The position numbers and the translations under genes were made by a program. The notes below the pieces were generated by a model. That model was not told the DNA's origin and searched no databases. It saw only the letters and a program-made list of their open reading frames with translations. A stretch of 63,991 bases of DNA, the filler included, from Candidatus Hydrogenedentota bacterium (GTDB taxonomy: Bacteria; JBFMHD01), in NCBI GenBank assembly GCA_040752395.1. It is 14 parts of 14 records of this genome, joined end to end, with 100 filler letters (N's around TTAATTAATTAA, not from the genome) between each part and the next. Parts side by side here need not be neighbours in the genome. Positions count along the whole stretch, not along the records: positions 40,365 to 57,554 come from JBFMHD010000031.1; 13 more parts are not named here. One strand, given 5' to 3'. The stretch's first letter is position 1; each line of letters opens with the position of its first letter. Shown here piece by piece: positions 41,937 through 53,500 of the stretch.

Positions 41937-44900
41937 GTGAAATTTATGGTTAAACAAGTTATTGGTCTTTGTAAGAAGGCCAGATGGAAACAAAAAATTA
42001 AAAGGGTTCTTTTGCCAGGCACTGCTATAAGTGTATTTTTATTTAGTATTTTATTATTAAGTAGCAGTGGAGTATATGGTGTTAATGATCCCAATTATAC
42101 GCCTTATCAAAGTCTTATCATCCATGGTGGTGATACGATAGGTGCATTATTCCCGGAGTTAAACGTCGTTGATACGTTCCCTGATGCTATAATGTATTAT
42201 GGCAACAATCCAAAGGATGGTTGCGGGACCACATTAATTGTTGTGGTACCGCGTAATGCGCCGACCTGTTCCCCGGTGCCTCAATTAACACCTGATAGTG
42301 ATGTCATTGTAGATTCTATCTATTTTGTTGTTTTAGAGACAGACACTTTTGATACAAGTGCAAAGGTTGCTGATACCGCTTATCTTATACATACAATCTA
42401 TAATTTTGCTAACACCACTGATAGTTTTTCATTCAGGATTTATTTATCAGATACAATAGATTATGATTCAGCTGGTGTTTACTATGATGCAGATACTGAT
42501 GGTGTATTAGATACAACCGATCCTCTAATAACAACCACTTCTACTATGAATCAGGGTGATACTATGCAAATCATCATACCAATATTAATATCGCCTCATA
42601 CAACTTTACCTGATACCTGTCTTGTAAGGATCGAGGTATGGTCTATATATCATTCAACTTATATGAAACCTGATTCTGATGTAGCTGATACTTCTTATGA
42701 CATAGTAACCGCAACTGTGGGCGACATAGATTCATTTGTTATAAGTTCTCCGACGTATAATGTTACAGCAGGTATTAATTTTATTCTATACATAACACCA
42801 GTTGACCCGGCTTGGAACCCGATATATGGATATTCAGGGGACTCAATGTATAGTACATCAAGAGACACCATAACACCTGATCGGGTGTTAAATACTTTTA
42901 CTCAGGGTGATGGTTATACAATTGAGAATGTTTCGATAACAAAGACAGGTTATATCACTATCACTGTGCAGGATGGTTTGGGTCATTATGGTATCATAGG
43001 TTTAAACGTTGAGCCTGATACTATTGGTAGTTTCTTAATCTCTTCGAGTTCAGGTATAGTGACAGCAGGTTGGGGCTTCAATCTCTCCATAACAGCGTTT
43101 GACAGATGGGGTAATCAAGCTAATGATACATCATTCAGGGATACAGCGTTCTTTAGTGTCACAACAGGTTGCTCAATTACGCCAGAGGTAACAGGAGAGT
43201 TTAGAGCCGGGACCGTAGCTTTATCTAATGTTACACTTAATAGAACAGGGACTATTACAATAACAGTGTATTATGCTAATGCTATTGGTACAACAACTCT
43301 CTGGGTCGAGCCAGACACCACGCAATACTTTGCATTGAGTACTGATACGTCAATTGTAGCGATTGGAGAGAATTTCAATCTAAGCATAACAGCGTATGAC
43401 AGGTTCGGGAATATCAACTGGAACCATAGTGATTCAGTAACATTGATAGTATCGAAGGGCGATATTTCACCGGATACGACAGCAGGATTTACAAGTGGTA
43501 TAAAGACATTAGCAGTTAGTTTGAGTCAGAGCGGCACAATAACAATAACAGCGTATACGAATGAAGGCAAGTATGGTACGACGAGTATAGTTGTGGCGCC
43601 TATAGGTGTTGAGTATTTTATAATAACAGCGAATGTGAATTCGATTACAGCAGGTTATGGGTTTAGTTTATACATTACAGCGTATGACCAGTACAACAAT
43701 GTGAACCTTGATTTCGAGGATAGTGCGAGTTTGAGTGTTTCGACAGGTGTAATTGTTCCGAGTATAACAGATACTTTTACTTCAGGCACGTGTGCGATGT
43801 CAGGTGTCACGATAGATAAAGCAGGTACGCAGGTTATCCGTGTTGCGTATGGTGTAGCCGAGGGCACCACAGTGATTTATATTATACCAGATACACCGAC
43901 ATATTTCATAGTAAGTTCAGTTTCAGAGATAGTAGCAGGTGATACATTTAATCTATACATAACAGCTTATGACCGGTTCTGGAACATATCAACAGTGTAT
44001 AGTGATAGTGTAAAGCTGATAGTAGATACTGGTAATATAGTTCCTGATAGTGCATACGGATTTACAGATGGTATAAAGGTGCAGGCTGTGAGTGTAACGA
44101 AGACAGGGACGAGGGTAATAACAGTGACAGATGCGAATAATTATGCTACTGGGACGACAACCATCTATGTGACACCGGATTCGACAGCATATTTTGAGAT
44201 TAGCGGTCCGGACACAGTATTAACAGGTGATACATTTATATTACAGATAACAGCGTATGATAGGTTTTGGAACATACAGACAGAGTTTGACAGCAAGATA
44301 TTGTTCTATATTTCTGATGGTAATATATATCCGGATATATCAGGTAACTTCAGTTCAGGGTTCAGGGAGGAGAGTGTCTCGATAACAAAGACAGGGGATA
44401 GCATAGTAATAACGTGTTCAGATCCGATAACAGGTTCGTATGACACATTTGTGATTCAGGTATTACCGTCAGAGTTAAGTTATTTTATGATAAGTTCAGA
44501 TTCAGTGGTTGTGACAGCTGGTTATAGTTTCAGGTTAGATGTAACAGCGTTTGACAGATTCGGGAACGTGAAGACAGATTACACTGGCGATGCGTATCTT
44601 GAGGTGAGTTCAGGTACGATAACACCAGTGATGACAGGTAATTTCACAGGTGGTACGGTTACAGTATATCCAGTAACTTTAACTCGTTCTGGTACGATAA
44701 CAATAACAGTAGAGACAGGTACTATTTTTGGTACGATGCAGATCTGGGTCGAGCCAGACACCACGCAATACTTTACGTTATCTACGGATACGAGCATAGT
44801 AGTGGCAGGTAATTCCTTTGTTTTAGGAATCACAGCGTATGACAGATTCGATAATATTAACTGGAATTATCTTGATACAGTTTCTATTTTAGCATCTGAT

Positions 44901-47900
44901 GGAATAATATATCCTGATACTGCGAGATTCAGTACTTATGGTGGTACGGTTGTTTTATCTGCTGTGAGTCTTACGAAGGTAGGGAATATTACAATAACTG
45001 CGATTAACAATTCTGGTAGGTTCGGGACTACAACGATTCAGGTTATACCTGCGGCTGTTGACCATTTTATCTTAAGTGCTTCAGTTACAAACATTACAGC
45101 AGGTTATCCATTTATTCTAAACATTACTGCCTATGATGAGTTCAACAATCTTCAGACTTTATTTAACAACAGCGCTTATTTGACTGTTACTGCCGGAACG
45201 ATTACACCATCTATAACCGCTGCATTTACTTCAGGTACTATAACGATTACTGGTGTTACAATAGACAGAGCAGGAACACAGACAATAACCTGTTATTATG
45301 GTTCTGCCACTGGTACCACAGTAATTTATATCATTCCAGATACGCCTACATATTTTGTTCTCAAAGTATCATCCTCGGCTGTAGCTGGTGATACTTTCTC
45401 ATTAGAGATAACAGCGTGTGACAGGTTTAGGAATGTATCAACTCTTTATAACGAGACAGCGAGTATATCAACCGATACAGGTATAGGTGCATGGATCTAT
45501 CCGACTTGGACCTCGAATTTCGTTAACGGTACAACAGTGGTTTATGTTTCAATCAATCGAACCGGGACCCGAACGATTACAGTAAGAGACATCTGGGATT
45601 ATGGCACAGGCACGACATCAATCCTTATAACACCTGATTCAACATCGTATTTTGTAATAGCTATGTCTGATACAGTAAGAGCTGGTGTCCCATTCCAGAT
45701 GCAGATAACCGCTTATGATATATTTGATAATATCCAGACGAATTTCGATGATACTGTAAAAATCGAGATATCTTCTGGTACGATATACCCGAGTGTGACA
45801 GGTAATTTCAACCAGGGAGTTATTGTTGTGAACAATGTTACTGTCACAAAAATAGGTGCTGTAGTAATAACCTGTATTGATGGTTCGTCAGCTACCACAG
45901 CTACAGGGACTAAACCTGTTTACGTATTACCTGGTATATTATCTTATTTTGTAGTCACCACAGATACACCAGAGATACCTGCAGGCGAAACATTCAGCAT
46001 AACCATAACTGCTTATGATTCTATCGGTAATATAAAGACCGATTCAAATATTTATATCTCATTACTGGTTAATTTAGGTGTTATCACTCCGACTATAGCT
46101 GATACTATGTTAGACAGTGGAACTGTAACAATACAGAATGTTACTTTGACAAAGACTGGTACAGTGACTATCACAGCATATTATTACAGTGGGGTTGATA
46201 CTGTTTATGGAGCTGATACAATTCTTGTAACTCCTGGTAGCTTAAGTTACTTTATTATCTCAGTCGATACAAATAACCTGCAATTAGGCGACTCATTTAT
46301 TTTATATGTTACTGCTTATGACAGGTTTGCTAATATAAGGTTAAATAAATTTGATACGGCGATTATTACAACAGATGATCCAGCAGAGGATCAGGAAACG
46401 CCTGCATTCTTAATAATGGGTGATTCAGGTTGCACAACTACTGTCTGTTATATAGTAGCCCAACCCAATACTACAACAATAGTGATTGTACAAAATGGAG
46501 AGGCTCAAGGCACAGTACCGATTATTTTAAGTTTCGAGGGTATATATACTTTAGAGTTAAGCATACCTGATACTACCATAGAAGCAGGCACGCCATTTAC
46601 TTTAAGGGTAACAGCTGTTGACCCATTTGGTTATCCGATTGCAACTATTACAGGCGATACTTCGGCCTCGTATTTCTATTTCAGGATATTAGGTGGTGGG
46701 CCTGAAGATGTGGAGCCAGATACTTTCGCATTCCCGATAGAATTCAATGATGGTTATTATGAAACCAACATACTTATTATAACTCAGGCAGGAGTAGACA
46801 CTTTAGAAGTGAGTATACAAAGTTATGCTCCTTTTGGTGTAAAAACAGAGTATCCTTGCAAAATAGATGTAGATGTTGATCCTGCAGAACATACACGATA
46901 CGGCGTATCTATTGTTGGCGGTGATACTGAGATCACAGCAGGTGAGACATTTGCTTTACAGGTTAGTGCCTGGGATACCTGGGCTAACCTGGTCCCGATA
47001 AATGGAGGTACTGTAAGTATCTATGCTTATATAGACTTTGAAACAGTCCCAATATTAACCAATGCCTCCGGTGTTCTTAATAATGGTACCTGTGTTACGA
47101 TCGAGATATTATATCGAACAGGTACAACACAGATAATAGTCTATGATACCTTAGCTAGAACTGGTACTCTCACACCACTTATTATATTACCTGCAGAACT
47201 ACATCATTTTGTTATAGATACTCCTGTATTTCCAACAGCTGGTGTATGGTTTACACTTAAAGTTACAGCAAGAGATATCTATGAAAATCTTGTAACTTCA
47301 TATACAGGCAAAGTAGATTTTGAAGTAACAGAGATACAGTCTGGTCTTCAGTATCCTATACAACCACAACAGAGTAATCAATTTACAAATGGTGTACTGG
47401 TACAGAGCGTATCAATCACTTATGGTGGAACCGTTGTTTTAACCGTGAAAGACTCTGTTACTCCTTCGGATTCAGGAAGTATTATATTCTTTATATCTTT
47501 ATATAGTGGAGTTGAGCTAACAGGTGGTGATACGCTTTATTTATATCCTGGTGAAAGAGGATATATAACATTAATAGTGAAAAATTATGGTGAGGGTGTA
47601 GATATATTTGATCTTAGTATAGCGCAGGATTATGATTTTGCTGTGAAATTTATTCAGGATGATGACCAGGACAATAAACATGATGAAAGCGAAACCACAG
47701 AGTTACCAGCTTATACTGATTTAATATATCCGTTGGATACCTATTCATTCTTTGTCTATGTTGATGTCCCATCAACTACGCAGGTATTACTTTATAATTA
47801 TATAATAGTTGCTGCTACCTCGAGAGCAAATAACAGCAAGACAGATACAGAGCGTAGTTTAGTGATAACAGTCAGTGAGAGCATACCTGCTACTACTTTG

Positions 47901-48962
47901 GGGTTGAAAATAATAACTGAGGATTATCCTGGTGAGAACAAGATGTATATAGAGATAATATTAGCAGATGCAACGACAGGCCAGCGAGTAGCACCACATC
48001 TTGTAGAGGTCGAGTTTGTACCCTATGACGCAAGAGCGAGTGTTGAATACATACCTGATAGCTATGCATATTTAGGTAGAGCAAAAATCTGGTATCGGCC
48101 ATTACCTGAGAAGACAGTCAACGTAGGGTTAGATGGCAGGATCGGCTCATTTGGCTTCAGCAAGGCGTTCGTAAAACGTAAACATACAACATTTATTGTG
48201 CCTGACCCGGATAATTCTCAGGTACTTGTTGAAAGAGATATATTACCAACTGATACACACTTTATTACAATAGCGAGACCTGATACCGATGAACTCGCAA
48301 TAATTAATGCTGCTTATGATGTATTAAGCGGTAATTTTGCGTTAATGCCGATAGTTGTAAAGAGCCCGGATATTAACACTTATGTTCCGCATCATAAATT
48401 TTCGTTACTCGATGACCAGGGGAATATTAATGAAAAACCACAATTTATTAAACCAGTTAGAATTATAATACCATATCCGGATAATGACCATAATGGAGTG
48501 GTTGATGAGTTTGGGATACCTGAAAGTACTTTAAGGATGTATAGACTTAATCCACAGGCACAAAGATGGGAACTGGTTGAGAATCAGCAGAGAAACGCTG
48601 ACTATGATTATGTTGAAGCTGTTGTATCTGAATTTAGTTTCTATACATTACTCGGTTCAGCATCAACCAATGCTTTATCAATGTCGCGTAGTTATCCGAA
48701 CCCGTTCTATCCATTACAGCGCCAGACCATAACTATTAACACATTTACCACGATTAGTTCTTTAAGGGTTAAGATTTATAATATTGCGGGTGATTTAGTT
48801 AGAACGCTTGATGACGGTTCTGAAATAATCAGTTTAGATCCTGGAATGGCGGTCTGGGACGGCAAAAACGATAGAGGTAATTTTGTAGCAAGTGGTTTGT
48901 ATATTTTTGTGGCTGAAACGAATTTAGGCACAGCGACCGGAAAGATTACATTGATAAAGTAG
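41937..48962 (+). CDS. 2341-aa secreted Ig-like repeat protein with T9SS/FlgD-like C-terminal domain
   Basis: ~96-aa repeats with ITAYDxxGN; C-terminal YPNPF...IYNIAG...WDGKN...ASGLY. Confidence 0.85.
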   Translation: MKFMVKQVIGLCKKARWKQKIKRVLLPGTAISVFLFSILLLSSSGVYGVNDPNYTPYQSLIIHGGDTIGALFPELNVVDTFPDAIMYYGNNPKDGCGTTLIVVVPRNAPTCSPVPQLTPDSDVIVDSIYFVVLETDTFDTSAKVADTAYLIHTIYNFANTTDSFSFRIYLSDTIDYDSAGVYYDADTDGVLDTTDPLITTTSTMNQGDTMQIIIPILISPHTTLPDTCLVRIEVWSIYHSTYMKPDSDVADTSYDIVTATVGDIDSFVISSPTYNVTAGINFILYITPVDPAWNPIYGYSGDSMYSTSRDTITPDRVLNTFTQGDGYTIENVSITKTGYITITVQDGLGHYGIIGLNVEPDTIGSFLISSSSGIVTAGWGFNLSITAFDRWGNQANDTSFRDTAFFSVTTGCSITPEVTGEFRAGTVALSNVTLNRTGTITITVYYANAIGTTTLWVEPDTTQYFALSTDTSIVAIGENFNLSITAYDRFGNINWNHSDSVTLIVSKGDISPDTTAGFTSGIKTLAVSLSQSGTITITAYTNEGKYGTTSIVVAPIGVEYFIITANVNSITAGYGFSLYITAYDQYNNVNLDFEDSASLSVSTGVIVPSITDTFTSGTCAMSGVTIDKAGTQVIRVAYGVAEGTTVIYIIPDTPTYFIVSSVSEIVAGDTFNLYITAYDRFWNISTVYSDSVKLIVDTGNIVPDSAYGFTDGIKVQAVSVTKTGTRVITVTDANNYATGTTTIYVTPDSTAYFEISGPDTVLTGDTFILQITAYDRFWNIQTEFDSKILFYISDGNIYPDISGNFSSGFREESVSITKTGDSIVITCSDPITGSYDTFVIQVLPSELSYFMISSDSVVVTAGYSFRLDVTAFDRFGNVKTDYTGDAYLEVSSGTITPVMTGNFTGGTVTVYPVTLTRSGTITITVETGTIFGTMQIWVEPDTTQYFTLSTDTSIVVAGNSFVLGITAYDRFDNINWNYLDTVSILASDGIIYPDTARFSTYGGTVVLSAVSLTKVGNITITAINNSGRFGTTTIQVIPAAVDHFILSASVTNITAGYPFILNITAYDEFNNLQTLFNNSAYLTVTAGTITPSITAAFTSGTITITGVTIDRAGTQTITCYYGSATGTTVIYIIPDTPTYFVLKVSSSAVAGDTFSLEITACDRFRNVSTLYNETASISTDTGIGAWIYPTWTSNFVNGTTVVYVSINRTGTRTITVRDIWDYGTGTTSILITPDSTSYFVIAMSDTVRAGVPFQMQITAYDIFDNIQTNFDDTVKIEISSGTIYPSVTGNFNQGVIVVNNVTVTKIGAVVITCIDGSSATTATGTKPVYVLPGILSYFVVTTDTPEIPAGETFSITITAYDSIGNIKTDSNIYISLLVNLGVITPTIADTMLDSGTVTIQNVTLTKTGTVTITAYYYSGVDTVYGADTILVTPGSLSYFIISVDTNNLQLGDSFILYVTAYDRFANIRLNKFDTAIITTDDPAEDQETPAFLIMGDSGCTTTVCYIVAQPNTTTIVIVQNGEAQGTVPIILSFEGIYTLELSIPDTTIEAGTPFTLRVTAVDPFGYPIATITGDTSASYFYFRILGGGPEDVEPDTFAFPIEFNDGYYETNILIITQAGVDTLEVSIQSYAPFGVKTEYPCKIDVDVDPAEHTRYGVSIVGGDTEITAGETFALQVSAWDTWANLVPINGGTVSIYAYIDFETVPILTNASGVLNNGTCVTIEILYRTGTTQIIVYDTLARTGTLTPLIILPAELHHFVIDTPVFPTAGVWFTLKVTARDIYENLVTSYTGKVDFEVTEIQSGLQYPIQPQQSNQFTNGVLVQSVSITYGGTVVLTVKDSVTPSDSGSIIFFISLYSGVELTGGDTLYLYPGERGYITLIVKNYGEGVDIFDLSIAQDYDFAVKFIQDDDQDNKHDESETTELPAYTDLIYPLDTYSFFVYVDVPSTTQVLLYNYIIVAATSRANNSKTDTERSLVITVSESIPATTLGLKIITEDYPGENKMYIEIILADATTGQRVAPHLVEVEFVPYDARASVEYIPDSYAYLGRAKIWYRPLPEKTVNVGLDGRIGSFGFSKAFVKRKHTTFIVPDPDNSQVLVERDILPTDTHFITIARPDTDELAIINAAYDVLSGNFALMPIVVKSPDINTYVPHHKFSLLDDQGNINEKPQFIKPVRIIIPYPDNDHNGVVDEFGIPESTLRMYRLNPQAQRWELVENQQRNADYDYVEAVVSEFSFYTLLGSASTNALSMSRSYPNPFYPLQRQTITINTFTTISSLRVKIYNIAGDLVRTLDDGSEIISLDPGMAVWDGKNDRGNFVASGLYIFVAETNLGTATGKITLIK

Positions 48963-49067
48963 TAGTTAAGAAGCAAGAGGCAAGAGGCAAGATGATAATT
49001 TGAATCTTTGAATCTTTCAATCTTTGTGCCTCAAACTATGTGTTTTATTTAAAGATATAAAGTTTCT

Positions 49068-50471
49068 ATGACGAAAATTACTATTAGGATTAGTATGTTA
49101 ACTTATAGAAGTATATATAGTATAATATTATTTCTGGTAGTTACAATATTCAACTTACAAGCCACAGGTTTATTTGCTGATGACAAAGGTACGACATCAG
49201 CACAGTTTTTAAAAATAGGTGTTGGCGCGAGACCTGGTGCGCTTGCGAATGCTTATTCTTCAATCGGCGAGGATGTTATAAGTATTTTTTATAATCCTGG
49301 TGGCCTTGCATTTACTGAAAAAGCTGAGATATCAGCTATGCATAACGAATATTTCCAGGATATAAATTTTGATTTTATTGGGCTATCTTTTCCAGTAGGC
49401 AAGCGTCATACTTTAGGCACCGGTCTACAACTTTTAAAAACCACAGATACAGAGCGAAGCGAATATTTAGGGATCGTATTATCCGAGTTCGATATTGAGG
49501 ATATTGCAGCTACATTCTCCTATGCATATTTATTAAATGAAAGATTAGGCCTCGGCATAAACGGCAAATATATCAGAGAGGTTTTATTTCATCATTCAGC
49601 AAGCACTTTAGCAGCTGATGTCGGTGTCCTTTTTAAGACGCCGTTTAGAGGGTTAAATCTTGGATTAAGTATTCAGCATCTTGGCGGTAAGCTAAAATTT
49701 ATTCAGGTTAGTGATCCATTACCTGCAAATATAAGATTCGGGATATCTTATAAAATTTTTAAAGACCAGGCACTCATAACAGTTGATACGTTTAAATATA
49801 GAAATGAAGACCCTGATGGGTGTATCGGATTTGAGTGGAATTTTAAAAATCTGTTACAATTAAGAGCAGGCTACAGATTTACATCTGATTTAGAACCTTC
49901 AGATGCTATAACCGCAGGACTTGGAATAAGTTATAAAGATTTGTCATTTGATTATGCTTATGTGCCTTATGGCGAGTTGGGTAATACTCATCGGTTCAGC
50001 GGTAATTTTAAATTCTGGAAGACTGAGCGAGATATAACACCGAAACCGCCACCAGCAACTTATATTACTCTACCAAAAAAAGAAGTAAAGGTTGTGCCTA
50101 AAAAGCTTGGGAAAGCAGCTATCTTTAAATTGACCCCGGTCGAGGAATTATATCGATCAGAACTTATTGAAGAAGAGATAAAAGAGGGTTTGAAAGTGAT
50201 TTTACAAGAAGGCGGTGTTTTTACTGTTTTGTCTGATGAAGAAATGAGAGTTAAAATGGCCTTGGCACCTGAATCACTTAACCTTGAGAACGCTTGCAGA
50301 CTATTTGGAACTGATTATGTTATTTTTGGTGGTTATAGTATGGATGAAGATAAAATAAATATCAATATTAGTTCTGTTGATTCGTTAGGAAAGATAAAAT
50401 CAATTCAAATTAAAACTGAGATAAAAAATATTATCCGTGAAATCAGAAAATCTATTGATAAAATATTATGA
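49068..50471 (+). CDS. PorV/PorQ (UPF0164)-family outer-membrane barrel with C-terminal extension
   Basis: FLKIGVGAR...FYNPGGL...LRAGY...DYAYVPYGELGNTHRFS. Confidence 0.8.
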   Translation: MTKITIRISMLTYRSIYSIILFLVVTIFNLQATGLFADDKGTTSAQFLKIGVGARPGALANAYSSIGEDVISIFYNPGGLAFTEKAEISAMHNEYFQDINFDFIGLSFPVGKRHTLGTGLQLLKTTDTERSEYLGIVLSEFDIEDIAATFSYAYLLNERLGLGINGKYIREVLFHHSASTLAADVGVLFKTPFRGLNLGLSIQHLGGKLKFIQVSDPLPANIRFGISYKIFKDQALITVDTFKYRNEDPDGCIGFEWNFKNLLQLRAGYRFTSDLEPSDAITAGLGISYKDLSFDYAYVPYGELGNTHRFSGNFKFWKTERDITPKPPPATYITLPKKEVKVVPKKLGKAAIFKLTPVEELYRSELIEEEIKEGLKVILQEGGVFTVLSDEEMRVKMALAPESLNLENACRLFGTDYVIFGGYSMDEDKININISSVDSLGKIKSIQIKTEIKNIIREIRKSIDKIL

Positions 50472-50480
50472 TTATAGTAT

Positions 50481-50583
50481 GTAATCCGTCAGTAGAAGCA
50501 AGAAGCAAGATAACGGAAAGAAAGATAATGAAAAACGTAGATGGTCTAACATTAACAAACTCTACCGAAAACTGAGGGAGTAC
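50481..50583 (+). repeat. Inverted-repeat-bounded element directly before the ATG
   Basis: GTAATCCGTCAGT ... ACTGAGGGAGTAC-T-ATG. Confidence 0.9.
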
Positions 50584-50584
50584 T

Positions 50585-53500
50585 ATGGTATTCGTTTTTT
50601 CTATGGTAAAGAGGTTTATATTAGCAACTCTACTTATATATTTTTTTATTTTATCCCAGGCTTCTTATGGTGATACATATATTTTTGTAAGAAAATGGGG
50701 TAGCTCAGGTACCGGGGATGGACAATTTGATAGACCGAGCGGCATCGGCATGGATAAATACGGCCATGTGTATATATCAGAGTACAGTAACTCTCATCGT
50801 TGTCAGAAATTTACAAAGAATGGTAATTTTATATTAAAATGGGGGAGTTTAGGTGCTGGTAACGGCCAGTTTAATTATGCCAGTGGTGTGGTCGTGGATT
50901 CAGCAGGCTATATTCATGTAGTAGATAGAGTTAATGAACGTGTTCAAAAATTTACGCAAGATGGCAGCTTTGTTACTATATGGGGTAGTGGAAATCTGGA
51001 TCTTCTGTTTGATCACTATGCAGGTATTGCAATAGATTCTTCTTCTAATATTTATGTTTGCAGGACAGATGGGAGTAGTATAAGTAGCGTGAGAAAATTT
51101 AATTCAAGTGGTGGTTATATCTTAGATATTGGCAGCAGGGGTACTGCATTTGGTAAATTTCAAGATCCTCATGGTGTAGCAGTTGATGATACAGGTTATG
51201 TTTATGTTTCAGACCGAAAAAGTGGTGGTAGTATCAGATTACAGAAATTTACAGTCGGAGGTTCCACGATTATGGCAATTGATACTGGTGGACTTAATGA
51301 TCCTACGGGTGTTGCGGTAGATAAATATGGTTATGTATATGTTTGTGATAAAGATAACCACCGCATTAAGAAATATGATTCTAATGGTAATATTATAACA
51401 GTTTGGGGTAGTAATGGTGCGGCTGATGGCCAGTTCTCTTCTCCTGAAGGCATCTTTGTGGATTCTTTTGGGTTTGTATATGTTTGCGATGGTGGGAATA
51501 GCAGGATACAGGTCTTTGCATTAACTGATGCTGATAGTATCCCCTGCTCAGCACCAGGCAGCGTTATAGTTTCCAACCCTGGTTATGGGGGACAATTAAA
51601 TTTATCCTGGTCCAACCCACCCCAACCAGATTTTTCCTATGTAATGATTTATCGCTCTACCGCTTCATTATCTCTCGGCTCACTTATTTATTCTAATGTA
51701 ACAGAAACGTCAAAAATAGATACAGGACTTACAAATGGTGAGACATATTATTATACTTTCTTTGCTGTTGATACCAATGGTAACTGGTCAATTGATACTA
51801 CGCAATATAGTGGGACCCCCTATGATACTATAACACCAACCGAAGTCACATTATTAACACCGGCTGACGGAACCCCAACCTCAACAGTTAGACCTGTGTT
51901 CACTTATACTAATTCGTTAGATTCGTCAAACATTGAGTACATTTTAGAGATAGATGATACATATAGTTTTAGTTCGATTAACTATACAGGTACATCATTG
52001 ACATTAAGTTGTAGTCCGAGCGTAGATATACTAAACGGCACATATTACTGGCGAGTAAGAGTAAAGGATATTTATAATAATTCAAATCAAGGTATAGATT
52101 CACGAATGATAGTAATAGATACCGCGGCTCCAAATGAGGTAAGTTTAATTTCGCCGGTCGATGGTACGTGTACGAATGTAGTAAAGCCAGTGTTTTATTA
52201 TACTGCATCAGGTGATACGAGCGGTATAAAGTGGTATATATTAGAGATAGATGACACGAGTACTTTCAGTTCAATAAACTACAGTGGTACGTCAGTGAGT
52301 ACGAGTTGCAGTCCGAGTGCGGATATGGTAAATGGTACGTATTATTGGCGAGTGCGGGTGCTGGATATTCTTGATCAATCGAATGCTGGTATAGATACGA
52401 ATGTAATAGTGATAGACACAGCTGGCCCGAATGAGGTGAGTTTAATAAGTCCGGCAGATGGTAGTAGTACGAATGTAGTAAGACCAGTGTTTTATTATAC
52501 TGCATCAGGTGATACATCGGGCATAAAATGGTATATATTAGAAATAGATGATACTTATTCTTTTACTTCGATAAACTATAGTGGGACATCTACCACTACA
52601 AGTTGTTCGCCAACTGCTGATATGGCAGACAATACATATTACTGGCGAGTGCGGGTGCTGGATATTCTTGATCAATCGAATGTTGGGATAGATACAAGGG
52701 TTATAAGGATAGTAGCTGAGACAGTACCGCCTACTGAGGTAAGTTTAATTTCACCGGTTGATGGAGCATGTACGAATGTAGTACAGCCGGTATTTTGGTA
52801 TAGTGCATCGAGTGATAGTTCAGGTATAAAGTGGTATATTTTAGAGATAGACGACACGAGTAGTTTCAGTTCAATAAACTACAGTGGTACGTCAGTGAGT
52901 ACGAGTTGCAGTCCGAGTGCGGAGATGGTAAATGGTACGTATTATTGGCGTGTGCGGGTGATAGACGTATGGGATATATCGAATACCGGGATAGATAGCA
53001 GGGTAATAGTGATAGACACAGCTGGCCCGAATGAGGTGAGTTTAATAAGTCCGGCAGATGGTAGTAGTACGAATGTAGTAAAGCCAGTGTTTTATTATAC
53101 TGCATCAGGTGATACGAGTGGCATAAAGTGGTATATCTTAGAGATAGATGACACGAGTAGTTTTGCTTCGATAAACTACAGTGGTACATCAGTGAGTACG
53201 AGTTGCAGTCCGAGTGCGGATATGGTAAATGGTACGTATTACTGGCGAGTGCGGGTGCTGGATATACTTGATCAATCGAATGCTGGTATAGATACGAGAG
53301 TAATAATAATAGATACTTATATCTCTGTTAGTTTAGTTTCACCAGAGGACACATATTATACGAATGACACCACGCCGAGGTTTGTATGGTCAGGTAGCAG
53401 TGTAGATACCTATACGTTAGAGGTAGATAATGATATAAGTTTCACATCAATTAATTATACGGTTACGACTGGTGATACAGAGGCGAGTGCTGATGTATTA

